Below, one piece after another: positions 11,292 through 29,873 of a DNA stretch of 36,947 bases. A program made the position numbers and the translations under genes. A model generated the notes under the pieces. The model worked only from the letters and a program-made list of their open reading frames with translations. It did not search any database and was not told where the DNA came from. The stretch lies in assembly GCA_009602725.1 (NCBI GenBank), contig WELB01000020.1:208944-245890 (forward strand), read 5' to 3'. Source of the DNA: Spirogloea muscicola. Taxonomy: Eukaryota. The first letter of the stretch is position 1, and every line of letters begins with the position of its first letter.

Positions 11292-11912
11292 GCCAGACCC
11301 TAGCACATTCTTTCTTCTGTAGATCATTCATCACTTCATTCTTTGACAGGTCAGCGATTGTCTATGAATTTTAGTTAGAACCCAGTCTCTGACCTTCAGG
11401 TGTAATCACCGAACAGTAATGGGCGTCACTCAGTAGTGTGTTGGTGGGCGTGCTCTGAGAAAGGGCTACATCGACCTTCCTTTTGCAAAGCAGAAGAGGT
11501 CAAGTTGTTGCTGTACATTACCTGCCTAAATTATGATAAATGCAGCGTCTGAAGCTATATTAGCTTCTGATGCACTGACTCTTCTGGGGCCGACAAGCTT
11601 AATCCGAGGTGTACCTAAGTCACAGCAGCCTAGGTTATGCTAAGTTTACAGGTACTTTATTTCTAAAGTACTCATGTGTCCTCACTACAGGGAAGCAGAA
11701 AAAGATCCTCAGAGGAGGCTGCGTACAGTGCGCACATGCTTGCTGCATGTTAATCTGCTTAATGACGGTCTTGCCTACTGTGACATTCTGTAAGAGTATG
11801 CAAAGAGCAATGCGCCCTCCGTCTACTCTCCCAAGACATACCTCGTAAATGTAACTCCTGCTGCTGTTGGAGCACCCCGTTGGAGGCACTCACCCTGAAT
11901 GCCTTTGAGCAC

Positions 11913-14831
11913 TCATAAGGTATCCAGGTCCCCCATGAACTGGTGAAAGCCACTGGGAGGGGGGGCGCCAGCCGAATTACTCGAAGGGCCTGCAGCAAGG
12001 CCCGTCACATGGCCACGCCAACGAGCCCGAGAGGCGCTGGGGCTTGCATCTACCACTGAAGCCTGAACCAAGCCACCCAAGTAGTTGAGCAAGCCGTGCC
12101 CTTCAGCTGGGGGCTGATTGATGTCCAGCGCCTGAGGCCATGTCTGCGTGAATATTGGTGGTCGTCGTCCCACCCCGCTTTCTTTGCCTGCATCCTGCTG
12201 TTCCCGCATGGAACTAGGGACCAGAAGTCCCGCTGGGAGGAGGGGCATTGCACAGGGCAGCAGCAGCTCGGCACAGACAGGCCGTGCTGCCCCTTGCGGT
12301 GCTGTCGAAGGCAGCAACCCGAGCCCCAGCGCAAGCGCTGATGCTCCGCCCTCCAACCCGTCCGTGGCTACAGTATGCGGCGTGCCAGGGATGATGCGGG
12401 TCCACCTTCCCACCTGGTCAGCTGCCTCTCGCCGTCTTTCCGAGTCCAGCTCTGCAGGACTAGCGAGGCCGCCGCCGGACGACGTTGTTGGTGCGCAGTC
12501 CCACCGCAAGCTTGAGGACGTGGCCAGCTGCGCTGGTTGAGCTCTGCTGAAATTGAGCTGCTGCTGCCAGCTCATATCCACGTTGTGACTTCCGTCGCTG
12601 CCTTCACGAACACACGTCAACCCGGGCGAGCCCAAGTCAGGTCCCAACCTGGGCTTCAAGTCAGGGCCCAACCTGGGCTTCAAAGTCTCGCTGTTGGCTT
12701 CTTGATGTCGCACTCTGAACCCCGCTGACGCAGCTCCAGACCGCGGCGCGCCATCTGCTCCAGCCGAAGCTCGCTCCTGCAGAGCACAAACTGCCTGCCC
12801 CTGGAGGTTGGCCTGCGCTCTTCCACGCTTGACAGGCAGCGTGGGAGCGCTGCGAGCACTCGCCAGGTTCCCAAACAGCCCGGGCCCAATGCCCAGCCCG
12901 AGGCCTTGACCACCATGCACCTTCTTCTCCTGCAGCACGCACCACAATGCCTGCCCTTTCAATGACCTGCTTGTGTGCCAGCAGGACTGGCGACCTGGGT
13001 TGAGAGCCAGGGTTGATAGACCTTTGCCTATCACATCCTCCACATCCGACCATCTTTTGCACCTTCCTGACCGGCGGGGTCCAAGCACAAATTCTAAGGC
13101 GAAAGTCTTGCAATTTGTGATGTGAAGGAGGAGACTGTGCAGTGGCTCAGGTCTGATGCTCTGCAAGCATTACAATGCTGCCACACTCGATATGCTTCTC
13201 AAAACATGGCCTTACCTCAAGCGCTGCAGAGTGGGTGGAGCAGAGGCCAGCCTTGCTGCGAGCAAATTTTGCGCAAGGTGTGGACGTCTCCACGTCCGTT
13301 ATCCACGAGCACCGCCGCCCGCCCCCGTGAGACTGCAGCAAGCACAGCAGCAGAGGTCTTGCATCCATTAGCAAAGTTTGCAAGTGATTGAAGGGATGCC
13401 AGTAGATGCCAATGATGAGGGAGGGGCGCCGAAGCGGGAAGCAGCAAAGAGTGTGAAGCAACCTTGCAGTAGTCTGTGCTGCCCTGTGCACTCTTGCCGC
13501 AGTCCTCAAGGCAGCAGCGGCGTCCGCCACCGTGACGCACACAGTAGTCGGTCTTGCCGCGTGCGCTCTTGCCACACCTCTCCTCCTTGCAGCGCTTGCC
13601 GCCGCCGTGCGCGATGCAGAAGTTGGTTCCACCATGCACGCTCTTGGTGCACAGCTTGCCGCCACTGAACGTGCATCGCTTGCCACCGCCGTGCGCCTTG
13701 CACAGGTGCGTGCGCCCTTCCGCGCCCTTGTCGCAGCCCTCGCGCGTGCACCGCCGCCCACCCCCGTGTGCCTTGCAGTACCTAGTGTTGCCCTGCTTCC
13801 CCTCCAACCGCCGCCGCCGCCGTCGCCGCCACTGCTGAGCAACCTCGTCGTGCTTTGGTCGTGCAAGCAATGCAGGAGCATACGCAGCGCTAGTCCTTGG
13901 CACTGCCTGGTCCACAGGGCCACTGCAGGTGCCATGGCGCTAACCTCACCTGAGCACCCTTGGGGCAGAGCGGGAACTGGCACCGCCGGCCGCCGCCGTG
14001 AGAGATGCAGAGCCCCGTCTGGCCCTCGGCGCTCCTGCCAAGCCCGGCACATGGCATTACGGCCCGCCCCTCATGGCTGCTATCAGAACCCCGCACGTGT
14101 GGACCGAGGCGATGGAGCAACGAGGCTCCGGCGAGGCCACAGCGCCATTGCCGCATGGCCGTCCGGGAGAGCCAGAGTGTCGAGCTGGGCTGGCGCATAC
14201 CGCTTGCAGGCGTCAGCGGTGCAGCGCTTGCCGCCGCCGTGCTTGATGCAGCGCCCGGTGGAGCCGCGCGCGGCCTTGATGCACCCGTCGGCGTGGCACC
14301 GTCGCCCGCCGCCGTGCGCGATGCAGTGCTGTGTGCGCCCCTCGGCGCTGCGCGAGCACCCCTCCTTCTCGCACCTGCCGCAGCAGGCCGCCCACACTTC
14401 CAAGCTCAGTGCGGATGCGAGACGCTCCAGGAATGGAGTTGTGTTCTGAGTTATGGAGGGCCTGAGTGGCCAAGCACAGAGGCAAGCACAGTGGCAGACG
14501 TACATCACCCGCTGCTCAGCTGACCCAGCTCGGTAAGCACGAAGCAGCACATGGACGTCGCTAAGTGATGCCCGAATGCCGGATGGCAATCGGCGAGCGC
14601 TTGTGAACCACAGGCTGAGGCTCGAGGCAGCGAGGCGGAGGGCTTGTGGACAGTCGCAAGAGCCAGTGCGGCGGCGCGGCTGGCTCACCGGCGGCCGCCG
14701 CCGTGGCCCTTGCAGAAGTTGGTGCGGCCCTCGGCGCCCTTGGCGCAGCCATCGGCGCGGCAGCGGCGGCCGCCGCCGTGGGCGATGCAGAGGCCGGCGC
14801 TGCCGCGCGCGCCCTTGCCGCACTCCTCTTC
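11913..14831 (-). CDS. Cys/HGGG-repeat protein (WRKY19-like zinc-finger repeat family); 5' part lost in the N gap. Exons include ~14831-14689, ~14374-14201, ~14036-13950, ~13792-13463, 13332-13216, 12929-11913
   Basis: Tandem C-x4-C-K-[SG]A-x-G-x-T-x2-C-x2-HGGG[KR]RC repeats, then SHGGGRRCSW...PCAKFARSKAGLCSTHSAALE|EKKVHGG...IGPGLFGNL, matching plant members of this family. No WRKY domain is seen in the sequenced part. Confidence 0.85.
12633..12680. repeat. 24-bp tandem duplication in a coding exon (LKPRLGPD x2)
   Basis: caagtcaggtcccaacctgggctt followed by caagtcagggcccaacctgggctt. Confidence 0.9.
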
Positions 14832-15266
14832 NNNNNNNNNNNNNNNNNNNNNNNNNNNNNNNNNNNNNNNNNNNNNNNNNNNNNNNNNNNNNNNNNNNNN
14901 NNNNNNNNNNNNNNNNNNNNNNNNNNNNNNNNNNNNNNNNNNNNNNNNNNNNNNNNNNNNNNNNNNNNNNNNNNNNNNNNNNNNNNNNNNNNNNNNNNNN
15001 NNNNNNNNNNNNNNNNNNNNNNNNNNNNNNNNNNNNNNNNNNNNNNNNNNNNNNNNNNNNNNNNNNNNNNNNNNNNNNNNNNNNNNNNNNNNNNNNNNNN
15101 NNNNNNNNNNNNNNNNNNNNNNNNNNNNNNNNNNNNNNNNNNNNNNNNNNNNNNNNNNNNNNNNNNNNNNNNNNNNNNNNNNNNNNNNNNNNNNNNNNNN
15201 NNNNNNNNNNNNNNNNNNNNNNNNNNNNNNNNNNNNNNNNNNNNNNNNNNNNNNNNNNNNNNNNNN
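14832..15266. other. Assembly gap (N run)
   Basis: Run of n. Confidence 1.
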
Positions 15267-15529
15267 CGGCGGTGGCGCGCGGGCCGGCCTCATGCCGCGG
15301 CGGCGGCGGCGGCCGGGGGGTGGCCAGGGTGGGGGGGCGCCGCCTGCAGCCGGCAGGCACACGTGGGTTGGGGGGGGGAATTGAGTGCCCCCGTCGGGCC
15401 GCCCACCAAACTGCGGCGCAGTGGCGCTGCGACGGCGACGCCGCCGCCGCCACGCCTGGCGCCCTGGAGTCAGCTCCTTCGGCTGCCAACTCGGGCCACC
15501 AAGCTCCCAAAGCCTTCCCTGTAGGATAG

Positions 15530-18500
15530 CCGCTTCGTAACCTCCACTTAGGAGCCGCAAGTCAGAATGACTAGCCGCCGGAAGGCAAGCCCCTTGACAA
15601 ACGCCAGAGGCTGCAGCTAGAGCACGGCCAGCACGACCGATGCAAGGCGTGCGCCATGGATTGCTAGAGGGAGGTAGACAGGCGCATGCGAAATACCTGC
15701 GCTAGCGAGCCAGCGGCGTTGAAGTCAGCCTGCTCGCCCCGCCTGCGGGACACAGCACGTTGCGCAAGCTGGGCCAAGAGGTCTAGCCACCAAGACCCAA
15801 ACTCCCAGTGCACATCGACGGCCAGTGGGACGAACACGTCACCTTCCAGGTGGTCCGCGTACTTAGCCTCTTTGCCACGAGCAGCATTCGCTGCTGCTGT
15901 GAGAGGCGAGCCTGAAAACAGTGGACAGAGTCCGAAGAGGCCAGAAAGCGCTGGAGTACACAGCTATGAAGTATCACGAAGAATGTCACTTGAGAAACCC
16001 CTATTAAGCAGCCGCAAGTTGGAAAAGCCAGCAGCCGGAAGGCTAGCCCAAAAGGAACAGACCTCAAACCCATATGCGCACTCGCGGGTACTAGAGTCCG
16101 AATACAACTATATTACTGGTTCTGTTACCTTAGCGCCTCTTCTTTGAGCATCTTCTTTGTTCTTCTTACAACACATGTACACTGCCTTGCTTTGCCCTCC
16201 CTTTCATTTCATGCGCACGACAAGCCCTCATCCCGAAGCACTCTCCCCCACTTGGGACGGACTTGGATTTCAGAGGGGGCGAGGTCTGCGCGAGGCCAGC
16301 CCGAAAACATGGACAAAGTCCGAATGGGCCGGAAAGCGCCAGAAGACACAGCTGTGCAAGTACCACGAAGAATGGTCACCCAGTAACCCCAAGTAAGTAG
16401 CCACAAGTCAGATAAAATAGCTGGATGGCACGAAGATGGAAAACAAAAACAGATCTAACAATGCAAAGCGATGGCCAGAGAGGCCAGCCCTAAGAGGAAC
16501 AGCTCTTACAATGTAAGGCAACGGTTGTGAGACAGCCAGCCTGAAAAGAAGTGACCGTGAATAATGAACAAGGTCTTCAAGAAATCTGCTGACGAGAAGT
16601 GTACTTGCTTCGTTTGGCCTCCCTTTTGGCTTTTGCGCCTTCTGGCCCTTTCAGACCTGGTACATTCCCATGGGCTGCCTCTCACAGCCATCGATGCCTT
16701 ACATTTTGAGAGCCGTTTCTTTTCCACATCATTTGCGCAGCGCGCCTTCTTTCCGCAGCTGTGCCCCCGCTTGGGAGGGTCTGGTGCTCCAGAGCTTGGG
16801 ACTCGATGGCTTGACCTTCTTCAGCGCCTTGCGCAGCGTGTGGTGGGCCGTGCCCGCCGCCAAGGGCAGCAGAGCGAGCAGCCCGGCCTCAACGCTGCCG
16901 GGTCACTTGCTCAAGTGTTCAGGATGCACTTCACACCGAATCAAGGAGCTATGAAAGCCTCAGTAACCCCTACTAAAGCAGCCGAGGTCGGAGAAAGTAG
17001 TCTCCTGGTAGCTGGTCCCCTGGCTAGGGCCAGAGCTGCAGCAAGGGCACGACCGGCACAGAGATGCAGAGCGCGAGCCATGGACCGCTGCAGCGAGACG
17101 GCCAAGCGCATGCGACATACCTGCGCGGGCGAGCCTGCTGCATGGAATTCCACCGGTTCCCCAAGGCTGCGGCGGGAGATAGCATGTCGTAAGAGCTTGT
17201 GGAGCAGCTCGAGTCACCGAGCGCCCGACGCACCGTGGGTGTCAATGGCGAGCGGGAAGAAGTCGTCCCGCGGGTGGTCAGCGGGTGGTCCTCTCCTGGA
17301 AGCGCCTTCCTTCTTGAAGAAAGAAGGATGCGCTTGGTCATGTCCCTTCAGAGGTCCCTTGCCTTCGCTGTCCACTTGCGTGCAGGCCGCGCCTTGACTG
17401 CTGCCTCCGGGTTCCGTTGGGGCGACGTCGTGACGCTCGATAGCTAATCTGACGTGCACTTACTGACTCGGAGGTTTCTGAGAATTGCAGGTTTCTGAGA
17501 ATTGCGACTAGTATCGTGCTGTGTGCGCCATCCGGCCCTTTCGGGCCTTGTCCAGTCCTTCGGGCTGGCCTCTCACAGCCACCAGTCAACTTGGAAGCGC
17601 TGATTCCCAGTGGGAAGGCGCGCAGAGCGCATGAAATGGAGGGAGGCCATTTCTTCCAGGAACCCAGTCTCTCTGACCTGAGGCTGCTTAGCAGGGGTTA
17701 CTGATTGCTTCGTAGCTGCTTCGTTTCTTTCTTGTGCTTGTTGTTCACCGTACTTCCCCTGGCCCCTTCTCGTCCTTTGTTCATTCTTTTTTGGGCTGGC
17801 TTTTTCCAGCCCCTATCCTCAATGGGCGAGCCCTTCATCAATTTAAGGCAATGCTTTGTTCAGGCAGAGTCTAGTGCAGAGGGGAGAGAGAAAGCGGGGG
17901 CGGGGGCCTGCGGCCTGCGGGTGGCCAGCCCACGAGAGGGAGAGAGCCACAAGAGAAGTGGCTCTCCCAATGGGGGCAAGGGCTGTGAAAAGCCAGCCCG
18001 AAAAGAATTGACAAAGCTTCGAAGGGGCCACAATGACGGAGGGGCCTGAATATGCTATGTCAGAACGGGTGGAGGATGGACCACTCAGTAGCAACGAGTG
18101 AGGAGCCTCAAATCCGACAAAGTAGCTGCCGGAAAGAAGAAAGGGAAGGGCTCGCCCATTGAGGATAGGGGCTGGAAAGCCAGCCCAAAAAGGATGAACA
18201 AAGTACGAGAAGGGTTGAGCAGCTCGAGCCGTCTCTTCAGGCCCCGTAGTTGCTGCTTAGCTCGTAGTTTGGCCCCGTCGAACCTTGTCAATTCTTTTCG
18301 GGCTGGCTTCTCACAGCCCTTGCCCCCATTGGGAGAGCCACTTCTTTCTTTCGTCGATAGCCAGCGGGAAGAACTCGTCTTCCCGCGGATGATCAGCATG
18401 TTTGAGCTCCTTGGCTCGAGCTCGAGCGGCGCAGGCGACCGCATACCCAGCCTTGATGGCACATTGGGCTGTGGTGTGAGCAGTCGTAGGCGTCTGTAGT

Positions 18501-18640
18501 CACAAAAGAAATGCGGCTGCTGATGTTGAAAGAGCGGCTGTGAAAGCCAGCCAGATGCATACAGGTGTTCTTGACGGCGCCACAGGCTCGGCAGACGGGG
18601 CGCTCCTTGTACCCCCGGGTCAGCAGTAGGTGGTCGGAGG
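15530..18640. mobile_element. Nested graveyard of CRE-like retrotransposon 3' ends (restriction-like endonuclease C-terminus, stop, 3' UTR) in both orientations
   Basis: Minus ~15890-15540: AARGKEAKYADHLEGDVFVPLAVDVHWEFGSWWLDLLAQLAQR...AAGSLAQVFRMRLSTSL*QSMAHAL...PAASHSDLRLLSGGY. Plus 16790-16930: WLDLLQRLAQR...AAGSLAQVFRMH. Minus ~17285-16960: ADHPRDDFFPLAIDTHG...RMRLAVSLQRSMARALHL. Plus 17325-17447: RMRLVMSLQRSLAFAVHLRAGRAL. Minus ~18460-18353: KELKHADHPREDEFFPLAID. KxxKY...F.PLA.[ED]..G is typical of the RLE domain. Confidence 0.8.
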
Positions 18641-18717
18641 AAGAGCGCGCAAGGTCACAAGGAAGCGCGCACCTCGAGCTCGCCGCCCGCGCCAAACCCG
18701 CCCCCTCCCGCCCCGCC

Positions 18718-20939
<2,222 letters not shown>

Positions 20940-22812
20940 GGACCGTTCGCCAACTCGCCTGCAGTGGTCAGGTGCAACAAAAAGCAGTGCCTGAAGAGAA
21001 CCCCAGAAGTTCTCTAGGATATTGGCTTCTGCACTTGCAAGCATTTGGATGTCTGATGTCTTGGCCTCAGGGCTTACAAAGCCTCTGCTTTAGTGTTGCT
21101 TCACTGTTGCTGTTGCTGTCCACATGCAGCTAGTGGCAAGCATGCATGGCAGAAGTGCTACCTATAATCATGATTGTCGCACAACCTTAGTGCCAGCTTT
21201 CGCTTCACGACCCGCGGAGCCTGCAATCAGCTGTTGCATAGTGACAGGCAGCACGAGGGTGGTGGGGTGTGTCACTGTTAGTAGGATTGGCAGGCTGGGA
21301 CACGACTTGGCGGGCAGATTTTCCAACAACACTCATGCCAGCAGTCTCTCACAGCTCGAACAGCGGCGCCTGTGAATGAGGTGCATGTAGCATGTGGTTG
21401 TCACAGTTTGTGATGTATTCATATGGTGAACCAGCAGTTTGGGCTGGGTAACCAGTCTGTCAGATGCTGTAGTATGGTAGATTACCGAATGGGTTTGATA
21501 TTGAAGCGTGCTAGCAACCCACCAGCACATATAAGCTACTTGGCCACAACAGGCCACTGAATATGCCCGCAGGCCCACCTATGTATAGGTGGCTGTCGGC
21601 TCGACTGACGCTTTACTGTTATGCTTATGTTAGGGATACATAGTCTTGACTTTAAACGTCAGGGCGTGCCCGTTACACTGATAATCTGACTCAGCCTAGT
21701 GGGCCGTGGAATTCTCCATGTGGATTGGGTATTTTGACGTCAGTTCCTGAGATTACAGTGGTGCTTTGGTGCGCCCTAATTTTGACTGCCACCCGCCAAG
21801 GGTGCGGCACCGTATGCACCTATGCAGAACCTGAGCTAGTCTGGCCTCATCATGTGGCCAGGCAGAGCCTGTGCTAGTCCTCGAGAGTGCATCCAGGCAG
21901 AGCTTTGTGCCACTTTGGACCTCGTGTGCTACCAGACTCAAGTTTATTTGGCACCATGAGCATGTGCGTCTGTTTCGGTCAAAACCTAAGGCAGTCTGCT
22001 GGTCATCCAGAGCAGGGCAAACGGCCAATGAAGGACTCCTGACTAAGGAGGAGAAAGAGCTGAAGCAATTGATCACATTCGACAGGAGCAGGAGAAAGAG
22101 CAGCAGGGTCTAGAACACTCTCAACCATGACGACGTTGATGTATCAGCAACGAGCACTTTCAGTAACAGAATGAGAGTAACTGCAATTATTTTTGGGCAG
22201 AGCTAAATAGGCCAGCCGTGTCAGTGAGGATATCTCACACTGCATAGCTCACGCAAACTCACAGCCTCTACTTGAATCAATAATCACTAAGCATGCAAGT
22301 CGAGTGCTCATGAGGTGTGGAGCATCCAAATCTCCTTGGGAGCTGGCTTACGACCTAGAATTTTGTAATACACCCGAATGTTCGAGCAATGTATATGAAT
22401 GAACAATTTGTTCATGCTTCAGGATCTGTCAGCAAATTTACCTAGTGAAGCCTACAGCAGACGGGCAGGTGGGGAGAACCCTTGGCAACTATGACTGCTT
22501 GGGGGCTTGGCCAAAGGCTTGAAGCAGTTATGGCAGCAGGTCCTCGTCACCCAAGTCTCAAGGCGACTGGTTTAGGGTTGCGGCACTGTTCTCACAAGCC
22601 CAGAGGCCCTTGAAGTGCTGCCATGCTGATAGCAGCTCCTATCAGAGCCAAAACTAGCGGGAGGAGCCACGAGCTGTCAACCACTTCAAGAATGCTCGAT
22701 GGGCCACTGGACAAAAAGCAGACAAAACCTGGAGTAAGAAAGCTATCTGACTACACTAGCAGATCCAAGGTCAACAAAAAGAAACACTCAGGCGCCCAAC
22801 TGTGCCACAATG

Positions 22813-27391
<4,579 letters not shown>

Positions 27392-28299
27392 GGCGCCTCC
27401 CTGTCCTTTCCGTCACGCACTATGGCTGCCGCAAAGATCTGGTGCCTGGAGGCCACCAGCAAGTGCACCGAGTCCCGCGCGCTTCCTCGATCCAGGGTCA
27501 GCAACCGAGTGGCCTAGTCGGCATGGAGACGCAGCATCCGGCGCGCGCTGGCTCTCCAGGGCCGGTGCCAGGTGTCACGCCGTGCAGCACCTCCGCACAT
27601 CCCGCATAGTCGCGCGCTCGTCGGGAGCCGGCAGCTGCGGCGGCGCGGTCATGCGACGGCAGGCCACCGCCGCGAAGCAGGCCGCCGTCGCCGCGGCGGG
27701 GGGCGGCGGCGATGGAGGCGGCGCCGCCACGGGGGGAACCGGAGCGCAGGGTGGACGACGGCGGCGCGAGCGGGTGCGGCAAACGGCGAGAGGAAGGGCG
27801 ATGGCGGAGGAGGCGGGGGGGAAAGGGGCCCTACTGTCTCCCGCGCCCCGTCTCGTGGTTCTCAGGCGACGCTCGGCAGCGCGCGACGGTGATGCGGGAG
27901 CGTGGGAAGGCGGGGCCGCTCGTGGTGGTCCCCCGGCCGTCAAAGCTGGAGCCCCGCATTGGGCAGCCCGCCCGAGGCGTAGGCTCGCTCGCTCCTCCGG
28001 GCTGCCTGCCCGGGGGGGGGGGGTGGGCGCCTCGCCAAGCGGCGGCAGCGCCTGGGCCCGAAAATCGAAAGCGTGGACGAATTGCCCCCCCCCATTAGCA
28101 TCCCCCCGCTTTGCCGTCACCCGCCTCGTGGAGCCGCGCTCGCGTGACGAGGCGCAGCGGGCCAAGCCGCCCGTCCGGCCCTGGGACCACCGACGGGGTA
28201 ACCCGGTTAGCCTCCATCCCCTCCCCCGGCGTCGCTGCCAGCCTAGGGGCGCGGGCTTAACCCCGGTACCCGCGGTCCGGTTCCCAGGCCTGTGGTCCC

Positions 28300-28503
28300 T
28301 TCAGCCACGTGTGGGCAGCCCAGTGGGGCAGCCCACGCTACCTCACGTGGCCACGTCCCTACGGTCGGATAGGCATCCGCCGCGCGATGCCGCCACTTGG
28401 CGCGCCGGCCCCGGGCCTTATCCGCGCCGTGACGTCGGCGGTCACCCCCGCCTGCTGAGCCACGGGCACCCCACACCGGCTACGGAGCCTGCGTTGGGCC
28501 CAA
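28300..28503. promoter_or_regulatory. G-box/ABRE-like cluster upstream of the beta-amylase gene
   Basis: cacgtg at 28306 and 28344 (cacgtggc), gccacgtc at ~28350, gccacttggc at 28392, tgacgtc at 28430, and site-II-like ttgggcccaa at 28494. Confidence 0.4.
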
Positions 28504-28619
28504 CGGTGTAGTGGTGGCGTTGACGACAACGGCCCAATCGTTTTGCAGTAGTTTTGCCTGAACAATGTATTGGCTTGAGTTTCGCCACCCTTTCATTCAA
28601 TCCGTATCGCACGCCATCT

Positions 28620-29140
28620 CTGTCTTCCCGGAGAGTAGTTTCTCTGACCAGCGGCTGCTCAACAGGGGATATCGAGCACCCCGTGGCCACTTTGAGTCGC
28701 CGTATGCTTTAGCGCCTCTCTGGTCTCTTCGCACTTTGTTCATTTTATTCTGGGCTGGCCCATCACAGCCATCGCCATCAACTGGAAGCTATCTTCCTAC
28801 CGTCTTCCTCTTTTCCGGAGCCGTTTCTCCATTTTGGGCGGGCCTCTTCACAGCTGTTGCCTTCGTTGAAATCACTGATCCGGCACTCTCAGACCTTGTT
28901 TCGTCTTTACGGGCTGGCCTCTTACATTCCATTCTTTTTGGGCTGGCTTTGCCAGCCCATCTTCTCTATGGGCGAGCACTTTCTTCTTACAGCCATTTGG
29001 CTTTGCAGGAAGAGCTGTTTCATCCCTGCTCCTCTGCTCTTGTTCAAGGTTCTAGCCTCATTGCAGTGTGCTGGGCGTGCACTAAGCTACGAGTGAGGAG
29101 CCTCAAATCCGGCAGACTAGCTGCTGGAAAACTATCCCCT
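28620..29140. mobile_element. Cluster of CRE-like 3' end remnants
   Basis: FPESSFSDQRLLNRGY at ~28625-28672. Several gggctggcc...cacagcc UTR units at 28730-28985. 29086-29139 is a near-identical copy of 18091-18135 and of the reverse complement of 3729-3783. Confidence 0.7.
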
Positions 29141-29873
29141 GGTGTGCACTAAGTCAGGCCACTGGCCTGTGTTGTGGTGCTCCGGCACCCCAGAATAGTC
29201 TATCAGATATGTATAAGCTCACTTCCAAGTTCCAACTTGCCAAAGTAATCAGGCCCAAAGTCGCCCTCATGCTGCCAAGGTACTCTGCATTCCACTTTTC
29301 CACTGTTGAGAAAATAAGGGGATGACAGGAGTAGGGATGCTCACATATAACGGGCTTAACATAAGCACAGAATCCGAGAGCCTGTATGACACTGAGCAGA
29401 TTTCTTGAGTTGGCAAATTCATTAGCCATTGGCTTGGATCCTGACTCCAGCTAAGTACGGCATAGATCCTGGGAAAAGCTAGCCATGTAGATAGTAGGCA
29501 ACAGATTAGGACGCAGTTCGCTGGTACTCAGACACAAAGCTCCGAGAGTAAAAGTAATTACCTCTCCCTCCACCTCTACACCAAGAACTGACACAAGAAG
29601 ACCCCAAGATGTGGATTTGATGACTAGAAGTAATATCGACACTGAATCTGCTGCGAGATTGGCTTCCTCTTCGAGGTAAAGCTCAATCTGTTGACTTGAG
29701 GCTCTCAATGAAGAAGAAGAAGAAAGTGATAGCTGAAATCAGCAATAAGAGATCTGGAGCCTCAAGACCCTATACAATAAGTTAAGCACTAGATGATCAA
29801 TGCTCCAAAGGAGCACTGTCGTAGTGCACAACTAAATCCGATTGACTCGTTCACGACCTAGACTCGCAAGTGG

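Noticed and set aside
11913..14831. True WRKY transcription factor
   Set aside because: No WRKYGQK motif in the sequenced part; only the HGGG Cys repeats shared with WRKY19 are present.
15530..18345. Recurring 30-60 bp repeats as a CRISPR-like array
   Set aside because: Spacing is irregular, orientation is mixed, the units are degenerate and translate as a retroelement C-terminus, the context is eukaryotic, and there are no cas genes.
21600..21730. Faint rRNA-like string (gggcgtgcccgttacactgata)
   Set aside because: The similarity is too short, and the flanks do not continue any rRNA or snoRNA pattern I can recognise.
21753..22113. Short ORFs between the SCL and beta-amylase 3' ends
   Set aside because: No recognisable motif or consistent exon chain.
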